From: Trichoplax adhaerens | Taxonomy: Eukaryota; Animalia; Placozoa | Assembly (NCBI RefSeq): GCF_000150275.1 | Contig: NW_002060944.1 | Coordinates: 6,609,102 to 6,673,101, forward strand | DNA length: 64,000 nucleotides | Direction: 5' to 3' | Shown: piece by piece, positions 41,687 to 52,900 of the stretch | Numbering within the stretch: position 1 is the stretch's first letter | How the letters are laid out: every line of letters starts with the position of its first letter | Notes under the pieces: model-generated | What the model saw: the letters and a program-made list of their open reading frames with translations, nothing else | Database searches by the model: none | Told to the model about the DNA's origin: nothing | Program-made: the position numbers and the translations under genes

Positions 41687-44048
41687 ATGGCTGTCGATAT
41701 TATTTTTGAACGGGCTTGCAAAACATTCCAAAGCAAATATCAACAAAAGCCAACAGTAGCTGGCTGCGGCCCAGGAAGAGTAAATCTAATCGGAGAACAT
41801 ACTGATTACAATGATGGATTCGTCTTTCCTATGGTACCAACGGCATTATGATTGTAGAACTGACATGATCAATTTGCTATTTCGTTACTTAACTTTAATG
41901 GATTGATATGGATGTTTTACCTCTTGCTTGAAATTATAAAGTGTGTTGGATATAGAATGATACATCCATTTTTTTTTTTTTGAACCTCCTGCATTTTATT
42001 AATCATAAAGTACTCCCCATCTTGATTACTGTACTGTACTTTAATTGATCAAAGCTAAATGACTCTGTAGTATTATCGTGCTAATTAAGAGACATTAAAG
42101 CAGATTCACTTATGTTGATGCAGGCATTGCAAGACGCAACGGTGGTTGTTGGCAGACTATCGGCGAGAAATGAATGTCGTATTACAACGATAGCTGAACG
42201 AGCTGATCTTCCCCATGAGGTTGAATTTTTACCCCATAGTAAAGATCAACCGTTACAACCTGGTAAACCTTCTTGGGCCAACTATGTGAAAGGAGTGATT
42301 GCAAATTATCCAGGTCCGGTACCATCTTTCGATGCTGTGATTGCAAGCTCAGTACCCCTTGGAGGTGGTTTATCCAGTTCTGCTTCACTGGAAGTTGCCT
42401 TTTTCACTTTTCTACAACAGCTGGCACCTACTCCCAATCCCATCGATGATAAAGATAAAGCACTGGCGTGTCAAAAGGCGGAACATGATTTTGCTAACAT
42501 GCCTTGTGGTATTATGGATCAATTTATATCTGTTATGGGAAAAGAAGGTAAAGCGTTGCTCATTGATTGTCGATCACTGGAAACTCGTTTAGTGGCGATG
42601 AATGATCCAAATATAGTTGTACTAATCACCAATACCAATGTCCATCATGAGCTGACTGGTAGTGAGTATCCATCGCGTCGTCGCCAATGTGAAGAATCAG
42701 CTAAATTGCTGGGCAAAAAGAGCTTACGAGATGTCACCATGGAAGAACTTAAAGGTAAGTTCCACATCTTCTAAATCGCTCTGGTCTTTTTTTTTCATTT
42801 TGCCCAGTAGTATCTTACGGGCTATTAATATCGCCTGTTTTTATTTGACATAGTAGTTTTGTTTAATGCAACAACAGTAGATAAACCGTGTGCTGTAAAG
42901 GCACTTCTCAGTTGAGAGTACAACATGAAGGATTTAATAGTTAAGCGAGCTTGCTGATTGCCTCTAACTATGCTACTAGATTTCTCATTTAAGAATGTTT
43001 TGTACTCGTATATTAATGACCGTGGAATAAGGGAAATAATTTTTATGTTGCCTTATATTGCCTTACTACAGAAGCTCAAAGTCAATTTACTGACCAAGAA
43101 ATGTATCGCCGCGCTCGCCATGTCGTTTCTGAAATCATCCGCTGTGAGCAAGCAGCAAGAGCTTTAGAAAATAGTGATTTTGAGACGTTTGGAACATTGA
43201 TGGTGCAGAGCCATGAATCATTAAGGTAATCGTCTTATCCACTACTCAAGCTGCAACATTTATCCGAATCTGTTACAGGATTCGTAAGCATTGCCGTAAT
43301 TTGGATGTGTATTAATTGTACCCATCATGGGTTAAAGTCTTGAAGTTGTATTTATTCTACTGCTGGTCGAATCAATCTGTAATATTTGCTTCCACTATCT
43401 GGAGTTGAGTATTTACATTGTGATGATAATCAGCCACTTTATACTAGGGATAATTTTAAAGTTAGCTGTCGTTAATGAAGATTGTATTCATTCTACTGCT
43501 AGTCTAACCAATCTTGCTACCACTGTCTGTACTTGAGTATTTAGATTGTGACAATCAATCACTTTAGACTAGGGAAAATTTTGAAGTTTGTTACCCTGAG
43601 TAAAGATCGTATTCATTCTATTGCTAGTCTTATAAATCTATCCTTTTGCTACCACTGTCTCTAGTTAAGTATCTAGATTGTAACAATCTATCATTTTATA
43701 CTAGGGATGATTTTGAAGTTAGCTGTCCTGAGCTAGACACTGTCGTCAAACTAGCAATGGAAGTGGACGGCGTATACGGATCGCGTATGACTGGTGGTGG
43801 CTTTGGTGGCTGTTCTGTTTCTTTAGTGGAGAAAAAAGCAGTAGAAAGAGCTATAAAACATATTAAGGTAGACACTTAAATCATATTGCAAAAGCCATTG
43901 GCTGTATAGAGCACATATAGACTATATTTTAGGTGATGATAATAACATTCTAACTGTGATTATCTCTTAGGCTGGCTACAGTAATGCTACCTGTTTTACT
44001 ACGCTTGCCGGTGATGGTGCAAGACCGATATCTATACCAGATCAATAA
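41687..44048 (+). CDS. GALK1: Galactokinase 1 (GHMP kinase), 5 coding exons
   Basis: [78 protein letters not shown]; stop TAA at 44046-44048. Confidence 0.96.
43340..43732 (+). repeat. Triplicated intron 3' end plus exon start in GALK1 intron 3 (~125-133-bp unit)
   Basis: tt.ta.actaggga..atttt.aagtt occurs with acceptor AG at 43446-47, 43571-72 and 43703-04 (the functional one). Confidence 0.88.
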
Positions 44049-44721
44049 ACAGATTTATCATTTTTGCTAAAAATCCTTCATGCACCCATTAACATTGAAT
44101 ACGTTGTTTCTGAAATTATAATTTTTAAGCAAAAATCAACGACTGAATATTGGCGTTACTACAGTAAGAATTTAGTTCCATAATTAGAATATATCTTTTA
44201 GGTCAATTTAGCTGTTGCCGTCAATCAAGGACTGATTTATTTGCGTTACCACCGTCAAAATTTAGCTTCACAATAATGAGAGTATGCCTTACTATAAATC
44301 TATATTTGGCTACTATCCTAGTTAATATTGTAGTCTTGAACATTTGTATATTAGAATGTCATTTATAATTTTCATAATAGTATCACAATTTCTGGTTTAC
44401 AAGTTTCATCAATTACGTATTATTTAGTAGATATAAAGCATCATTTTCCATGCGATGTTGTAAGAATAAAACGCGATATTGATGATTCCCTTGCTTTCTA
44501 TGGGTATTCCAATCTTAAAAGAGTGTGTCTATTTGGTGTAAGAAAAATGCAAGCACTGGATGCTTGTTGGAGCAATGTTATGTTAAATTTTTGTGCAAAT
44601 TATACCTGATAGTCGATCTTGTAAAGATGCATGAACTGCAGTAGAAATTACCTTACTGTGCTCTGTTAGAAAGCGTGATTCTATGCATCTTTAACGGTTC
44701 ATGTATATGTATTAGCATGGA

Positions 44722-45050
44722 TTACTAAACTGCCGAGAATTTATACTTCCTAATCGTTAATGTATCAATGAGCTATATTAGTGGACGGATTTTACGGACC
44801 AATTGACTTGTAAACCCATAATATAAAGGGTAAATGAGCTCTCTTAAAAGGTCTCAGTTACACTATTTAAACACTAATGATCAATTAGATCGACTAAACT
44901 ACCGAGAATTTACAGTTCCTAATCGATATTGTATCAATTAGCCATGTTAGTTGATCGATTTACTAACCCAATTAACTATTAAACCTATCATAGAAAGCGT
45001 AATTGAGCTCTCTTAAAAGGTCTCAAGTTACATTATTTAAACACTAATGC
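44722..45050. repeat. Tandem duplication, ~170-bp unit, 2 copies
   Basis: actaaact.ccgagaattta.a.ttcctaatcg...tgagctctcttaaaaggtctca.gttaca.tatttaaacactaatg occurs twice. Confidence 0.85.
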
Positions 45051-45612
45051 ATTTCAAAAAATACTATACGTAGAATCTCAATTTAGGCCGATTTCACTAT
45101 ACCAGTTTAACAAATTTCTATTACTGTATTTGCTGCAGAGCCGGCTATAAAAACTTAAGACTTGATTCAGTTATAAGGACATTGAACTATGGCCTACTTA
45201 CTATAATGATGCATGCAACAGAGGTAGAATATCAGAGTAGATTTACGCGAGCTAAGGTTTGTGCTAACAGATCGCATTACCACTAGACCTGAGAAAGGTT
45301 CGGTTAAAACTTGATGAATACGCGTAAACATAAAAAGAATTATTATAAATGTACTGTACATTGGATCCGCATTAGCGACTTAGCATGCAAGTGATCAAGG
45401 ATATGTTACATTATCCGATGGTCATCACTGGATAATAGTATACGTAGTTGAACTAACTTGGAGACGATCATACCGAAATGGTACGGCAATCCATTCGATT
45501 GTGAAGACACACTGAAATATTAATCTTAATTCTCTTTTATTGGCACCGAAATTATAAAGTATACATGAAGGAAAACATTAGTCATCCTTTTCATGAGGGT
45601 ATTACGTATTGA

Positions 45613-46673
45613 TTAGTAAGCTCTTGGGCGCGGGCGTTCCGTACGGATTTGCTTATTGCTCAAGAAGTCGGTGAATTCTTGGTATGGTGTCATGGAGAAT
45701 TTGGTTGGTTCCCACAAGTCAGGAGTTAAGTAAGAGTAAGTCTTTCCAATAGCACTGTAAGTTGCTTTAGCAAAGTTACCCAGTGTTCTGGTCTGGCCAG
45801 TTGATGATGTATAGCAATCTTCAACGCCAGCCATCTGCAAGAGCTTCTTTGGCACAGGAGCAGATACGATGCCAGTACCTCTTGGAGCAGGAATTAATCT
45901 CATACTAACGGAACCGCATTTTCCAGTCACCTTACAAGGGACAGTGTGAGGCAAACCGATTTTGTTACCCCAATAACCACGACGAACTGGTACAATCGAT
46001 AGCTTGGCTAAAGTAATAGCGCCTCTGATCGATGTGGCGACTTCCTTGCTACATTTGACGCCAAGACCAACATGTCCATCGTAATCACCCATAGCGACGA
46101 AAGCTTTAAAGCGAGTACGTTGACCAGCACGAGTTTGCTTCTGTACAGGCATGATTTTTAAAACTTCATCTTTAAGTTTGCTTCCCAAGAAGAAATCAAT
46201 AATTTCGGCCTCCTGTACGAGCAAGTAGTCGGTTAAAATAGAGATCATTGATTACTCATTGCTTACTAGCGTACTTTACTGTTTTAAGCAGACTAATACG
46301 ATAGGTTACGTCAAATAGGTTTACCTTGATGGGTAAAGAGAACAAGTAAATATCTTCAAGGCGCTTGATTTTGCCACCTTTGACGAGACGACCGAGTTTA
46401 GTAACAGGTACCCACTGTCAAAGAATAGAATTCATTGCGGTTAGAAGAACGACAGCGTCAATGCAATTTACTTCATCGTTGAGTTAGGTGTAAAACTATG
46501 TACAGAATAGTAAACATAGATTGGATTACCTCTTTTTCGTCTCCCTTCCCACGGCCTCTACCGCGACCGCGTCCACGTCCACGTCCACGGCCTCGGCCTC
46601 CGCCTCGTCCTCGGCCGCGTCCGAATCCTTCGCCAAATCCACCTCGTTCACCGGCTGGTGCTGCGTCCGCCAT
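45613..46673 (-). CDS. RPS2: 40S ribosomal protein S2 (uS5); coding exons 46673-46530, 46414-46325, 46212-45613; 277 aa
   Basis: RG/RGG-rich N-terminus, [51 protein letters not shown]. Confidence 0.98.
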
Positions 46674-46820
46674 TTGCTATAGGGAGAAAGATAGAATGAT
46701 CTATTACACAACTGCTTTAAGAAAAAATGCAAAAAAATACATGGCTAAAATAATGATATCCAAACAACAGTAGATTCGTCTACACTGATGAGGATAATTG
46801 ACAGATACAAATTAGCCAAA

Positions 46821-46870
46821 CAAGATGGCAGCAACTCCGCCATACTTACGTGTCGAAAAGTTAGAGAACG
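46821..46870 (-). promoter_or_regulatory. RPS2 non-coding first exon with pyrimidine-rich (TOP/TCT-like) start, and YY1-like sites in intron 1
   Basis: Minus strand reads ttctctaacttttcgacac|gtaagt; the acceptor tag|CAAATG lies 3 nt before the ATG; caagatggc (46821) and ccgccat (46837) are just inside the intron. Confidence 0.6.
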
Positions 46871-46897
46871 GTCGACTGTTTAAGGGAGCTATTTTAT

Positions 46898-46987
46898 ACC
46901 GTACAGTACACTGTAGCGTACAGTACGTGTACTGTATGATTTATACTGTACACTGTAAAATACAGTACAGTACTGTACTGTACACTG
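46898..46987. promoter_or_regulatory. GTAC(A/T) pentamer array upstream of RPS2, including a perfect 22-bp palindrome
   Basis: tacagtacagtactgtactgta at 46961-46982; the array lies about 30-120 bp upstream of the inferred TSS. The regulatory role is inferred. Confidence 0.55.
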
Positions 46988-47492
46988 CAACATGGCAGGC
47001 AGATTGGTGTTGAAGGAATTAAACCAGAAGTTGTAAGGAGTACTGAGCTGTATTGAGTGAGTAAGCTGGAAAGAAAACCCTAACTGTGTAGTCATATAAA
47101 TGATGGAAAAGTTGATATTTTCCATTCAATTTTTACTAGGACGTTAAATTACATTGGTGACTAATATAGTTTAAAACCGCCAGAACTTTCGAGTTTCGAC
47201 TCAGTACAGTATTTTCTCTACTGGGAACACTATGCAAAACAGATGTCGTCAATGAAGGCAACTGTGCCCTATAGTGTAAAAGCGCTAATGATGACATATA
47301 TTTTACACAGCTTTAGGCAGTACATTCTGACTGCGACGGTATCCCTTACTATTGTCATCCAAAACTAGAATGAGCCGCAGTATAGTATACGGTTTCGGTG
47401 GTAGCGTATACTAGAATGACCAGAAAAATGATAAGCTCCCTGATTATATTCTACTGAACAGCCGCTAGTCACTGACACTACTGCATGCTGTC

Positions 47493-47541
47493 GGTACAGT
47501 GTACAGTACAGTGTCAGTAGACTGTAGACTGTACACTGTAC
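47493..47541. promoter_or_regulatory. GTAC(A/T) pentamer array upstream of NDUFA3
   Basis: ggtacagtgtacagtacagtgtcagtagactgtagactgtacactgtac, 105-155 bp upstream of the ATG at 47647. The regulatory role is inferred. Confidence 0.5.
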
Positions 47542-47646
47542 CCTTTTGTCGGAAAAAGACGCTGCACCTGACAATACTGAGCATGCTTCAGTTTCTAACA
47601 GTTAAGGCAAGAAGGCCGCACTGTGTCTGTGTGGGATTGGACTGTC

Positions 47647-48283
47647 ATGGCGTCGTTGATTCGCTCTACTGTAGGTTTCTTGAGAAAAGCTTGGGATAAG
47701 GAACCCATTTTGTTTGTCTCTATTTTCTTCGGTGTTGCAGGTAATTAACCAATGATGCATTTTAAACTTGGATCTTAACCTTTCCTATTTCTAATTGGAT
47801 ATTGACCTGTCAATTGATAGGACCATTATGCGTTTACTTTGGACCTGGAACGCAAGCTTCTATGGAAGCGCATAAGAAAACCCCGAAATTTTATCCAGGT
47901 ATGCTGATTAGGCAGGATATACAGTACGATTACTTCTCAATTCAATCAATATTAACATTTATTTTGCTTGACTGTTATCCGTAAGAATAAATAATGGTAG
48001 CTAGTACATCCATAATTTGTCCATCAATATGCTCCTTTGAGTAGCGCTAGGGAGTCAGTACTGTCGATTGCTGTAGGCACACTGTTGGAACTGTAGAGTA
48101 TTATACTATAACATTGCATATAGCGATAAAGAACCAAGTCATAATCAAGTTAAGTTTAGTCTTGGCAAAAGATAAACCATGTGCGAGTATCTATACATAT
48201 GATAACATAATCGATTCCTTGTTGTTTTCTTATCTAATCTAGCTACAATCCGTCGACCTGATGATCCTCCACCAAATTGGTAG
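47647..48283 (+). CDS. NDUFA3: NADH:ubiquinone oxidoreductase subunit A3 (B9); exons 47647-47740, 47821-47898, 48243-48283; 70 aa
   Basis: The spliced product MASLIRSTVGFLRKAWDKEPILFVSIFFGVAGPLCVYFGPGTQASMEAHKKTPKFYPATIRRPDDPPPNW resembles human NDUFA3 (FLKNAWDKEPVLVVS...TPYNYPVPVR) and has a single TM segment. Confidence 0.85.
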
Positions 48284-49695
48284 AGAAAATCATAAAAGTA
48301 GACAGCTGATAAAATAGAATGCTACAATTGAAAGAGAAGGCGTTGAAGAAAAGCTTTAATTCAAATGAAAAATGTAAAATAATTTATTGTACTATACAGC
48401 GTACAAATGTACGAAGATGCTTGGAGAGTATGTCAACATCAGTTGCAAGAAACGAAAACAGATGTGGCATAATGTATCTTGCTATCCATTTATCATACTT
48501 TCTACTAGACTGCACTAAGGAATGATGCTTGAAATAGTATTTTTTAAAATACGGAATAACTATTTCGTCGTTTTTGCTATGTAAACGTCAACCAGTAATT
48601 CTTTTAAATTTGTATCAATAAAAAATTTGCCACGACATCTTATTGCTAATTCGATGCTGGAGTTATCAACAAGGATTGAATTGGCCATAACGATACTGTA
48701 TAAGGGTGCAACTGTTGTAGAGCATTGTGGCTAGAATGCCATATTACTTTGTTGAAATGAGATGATTATGTTGTAGTAGGAAAGGATAAAAGTGACGATG
48801 TGCATTATCTTAGTGAAATTCCGATTGAATATTGATATATTCTCTTGGCTTTGACAATTAATTGGTACTTTGGCAGATATTGACGAGCATGATGCAAACT
48901 CTAGCAGCTTAAAATACCCTGCTCTACCATGAAATGTAGAATGGAATAGCCACTTTATTGCTGATTACTGATCTATTTAAAATCAATGTTATTTAGTTTT
49001 AAATTGCTGATCCAATTCAATTGAGTATACCTCATCGTATCACGGGGCGTATCTTGATATCACAAATTAGACAATCATGATGGTGCTTATTAACTATCGC
49101 GATTATTGGATAATACGGCTCTTCTTAACTGAATAAAATCTGTGCAACCTTACATACCTTACAGCTGTTGTATGCCTGTAAAAGTAGCAAATAACATCTT
49201 TATAATAATTCATGCAGTCTTTATGACTACAGGCATATGGACTAAAAGTTATAGATTACTACCAAAAGCAACGTAGGTATGTCAAATTTCAAGCAGGTTT
49301 ATTGAAACTCATTTTAAGCACAATATAAAAATTTAAATTAGTATACTATAAGTCTTGATTCGCCTACTTAACTATTAATGCTGATTGGCTTGAAGCAGCT
49401 TATTTATCGACCGATTATTTTCAGTCGAATTGAAAGTAGCGTTAAGTAACTTATTCATTTATAGATTCTATCCGATTCCGGAAAGATTACAACTACCGTA
49501 CTAAGCAGACTACACTATAATTAAGTAATACAAGATACGAGAATAAGATAAAATCACTATTGTCTGATCAATATGCAGTAAAATACCATATTGCCAAGTA
49601 GATATCTTGATAGATTTGCTAGATATGATCAAGCTTAATTGTGACCAAAAAGTTTAACAATGCTCATTACATAACATAAGGGGATCATCTCATAA

Positions 49696-49718
49696 TATAT
49701 ATATATATATATATATAT
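49696..49718. repeat. (TA)n microsatellite
   Basis: About 11 TA units. Confidence 0.8.
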
Positions 49719-49949
49719 GCATAATAGCGTGCTAAATATTTGAAATTTTCAAGAATGAGTTACGACTATACTTGTGAGCAAGGTGCTTCGAAAGAGCAAA
49801 TATAAATTTAATAAAATTACTTAGGTTAATGTACAATGTACATTGTATATCCAATTTCAATTTATAAAAATCTCACATTTAAATCATCTCCATGAATTTA
49901 ATTCATGCCAGTCATAGAAAAAATAATAATTTAACAATATCTATTACCA

Positions 49950-52900
49950 TCATTTATTAGCAGAATCCTCTTTTAATGAAACTGTAGCTACATTGAGATT
50001 AAAAAGATGACGCATAGTTGGTCTTCCATGAGGGCAGTTCTAATATATCGTGAAATAGATATAAATTAAGGCGAGTTTAACTACTTTTATTTAAAACAAT
50101 GCAAATGGCTAAAAATAAGCTCAAAAATCTTTCACGAAAAATTCTTACCCATGGATGTTCTATTTCTCCCATATGCTTAAGGATCTAAAAAAATTACCGA
50201 AATGATAACGCGATAATCAGAATGACGTTTCCAAAAGGTACGAAATTTATCCACTGTTGCAATTAAAGATTTACTTTTTTCATCTGGGAAGTATTTAATG
50301 CAGTGCCAATCATGATTGATCTTCTACAAGACCTAGTTGCAAACATTCTTGATACAGTTGTTGGTCTACACATGACTCCCTATATATGTATTATTGCAAG
50401 CCTTTCTATTACTTCTAATTTACTAATGAGCAACTTATTTAGCTTACAAACTAGATACTTATTGGTACATAGTGTATCGAAAATAATCGTATTGCACGAT
50501 ACATGTAATCAAAACTCACCGGCATGTCAGTTAACATCATTATCATTTCTTGCACATCTAAATAGTTAGTATCCAAAAAAACATTAAATACAATATTAAA
50601 ACTTCAATAAATCTGTAATTATGATAACCTTCTTCATTAAAGATACATCCTCGACCGTAAGGAACAGAAGTCATTTTAATTCGTTTTGTTGGTGGCGCTA
50701 AGACAGATAGAAGCATATTATTATGTATACATATTAGGATATCAAATCAAAGTCATATCACTAATGCGTGTAATTAATTAGCAAAGTAAAAAGTAAGTAC
50801 ACATACATACCATCTGGATCTATAGAAAAGCTAAAACCATTCTTTTCAAAGATATTTACATTATCCATTAGTACTTCTTCTTCAGTAGGTGTTAGAAACA
50901 AATGTTTGGGCCTTTTACAGTTATTTCATTAATTTTATTAACACGTTTCAGTAAAAATTTTTGTCGCTGCAAAAAATTATAATCAACAAAGGTTTACTAA
51001 CTGTATCAATTGCTGTCCTTTCAAATTCGTATTTAGTTGCAAATATTCATAATTGTATTTCTCATCAGATGCATGCTGAAAGATACAAGCTTAGTTAAAC
51101 AGTATATTCTTCCATAATAATCATATAGCGAAGTTTACTGTATTACCTGATCAATTATGAATAAATCCTGATTGTGTCTGGCAATTATAAAGCCCAAATT
51201 GAACTACAGTATGGCATAATGGTCATTACAATCAGGCACAGATACGCATCGTGATTGCTCTCAACATTACATCTTACCTGACCAATAATTTCCATTTCTT
51301 GAAACATATCCTTCCTAGATGGGGTGTATAGGTACAAAAAGATGGTTATTATGAAATGAATTTGCTGCTAAACGACATCAACATTTAATTCTGCAATAAT
51401 ACAGTAATTAACTGACGATATTTCTCTACGTAGTTCATTCTCTGCAGCTGTATTATTATCTGGAGCAATCGTTGCATGGAAAGAACTGCCTATGTTCGTA
51501 TTTTCACTGTTTTGGTCAGCTTTGCTACCTGCTATTAAATAATACCGATATAAATTATTAAGCTTAGACAGTAACAGAAATGTATGACTTTACTGATGTT
51601 AGGACGAGAAAACAGTAAATACAAAAATAATTCATTACTTTTAATTTTTCGTATTTCCTCAAAATCAAATTGCAATAAGTTATTGCTAGATTTTGTATTA
51701 ATTGGCAAGCTTATATCCTCTGAATTTTCTTCCCCGTCATCATTAGGAATATCATCACTGTTTTCGTCTACATTCTCTCTCGCTAATAAAGTAACAATTT
51801 TCAAGTATTACTGTATAATATGTAGGCCAAGAACTTTTTATTACTTTGCAAAATAAAAAAATTACCATTAATATTTTGAACAATCGGATCAACAGCTTCT
51901 AGTACTTTGTAGTTAGGAGCTAGTTCAATTTTTGCTTTCTTGGCTGTAGATGTATAGGGTTTGCTAAGAATTTCATTAATTTCGCTTTTAGACTCAGTAA
52001 CTTCCATGTTGTTGCTGGATTCAGTGGATTTAGATAGATTATAAACAATCTACTCCACCATTACATAAGAAGAAATTATTTATCAGTTATATACTGAATA
52101 AATTAAGAAAACTGATTATATTTAAATAAAATTATCATCGTATTTGGTTTTCAACATTTTTTTCTTGCTCCAGCGACGGCGATTCTCTAAAACAATATAA
52201 AATAAAATTAATAATATAAGTAGCTGGCATAAATCATTTTCATATGTATCACTTTTGTTACATACTCTGATGATATCTTACGCCAACCAAATGACGCTAA
52301 GGTTGACTCTAAGAAATGTCATAGACGAAATAGCAAGTAATTAATTGAATTTTTATTAATAATATTAATCCCAAAAGAAACTGTTATGGCTCGTTAAATT
52401 ATTAGGTAAAAACTCGGTTGATTTTACTCACGCTTAGGCCCACTTTTGTTACCGGCGGAAAAAGTTGATTTCCTTTGATGTAAGGAGTAAAGAAAATTAA
52501 GTAACGAAAGAAAGACATTATCGATCGGTTTCGCGACTATAATTACTTACCGTTTAAATTTTAATAGACTTTTATGAAAATCCTATAATTACAATATCAA
52601 ATTTAGGTATTAACAATTGAGCTTCTCATAACGTTTCAAGTCTGTTGCATTCTTACTTTGCCTTCAGTCACGATTTCTACGCATGGCTTTGAATTTACTT
52701 CAGTAGGCTTTACATTGTATAAAAAATGAATTTTGTACGCGAGGTTAAATCCGTGTATCCGGCATTGTCGCAAACTATTATTACTTACCTCAGAAAGCTC
52801 ACATTCATCATTCGTTAGATGCTTTTTATTGTTGATATCTTTCTCCGATATTATCTGAATCTCGTCGTTATTTTCATTATCATGCTGATCAGCAGCGGCG

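Noticed and set aside
46213-46529. Intronic snoRNAs in RPS2, as hosted in vertebrates
   Set aside because: The introns are only about 112-115 nt and I see no convincing C/D or H/ACA boxes. An Rfam scan would be decisive.
46498-46773. Pro-Arg repeat ORF on the + strand
   Set aside because: It is the antisense shadow of the RPS2 RG-rich exon.
49030-49180. Two AG/GT-bounded minus-strand segments downstream of PMS2
   Set aside because: They give only a short peptide ending in a stop, with no recognisable homology or start. They could be chance or UTR exons.
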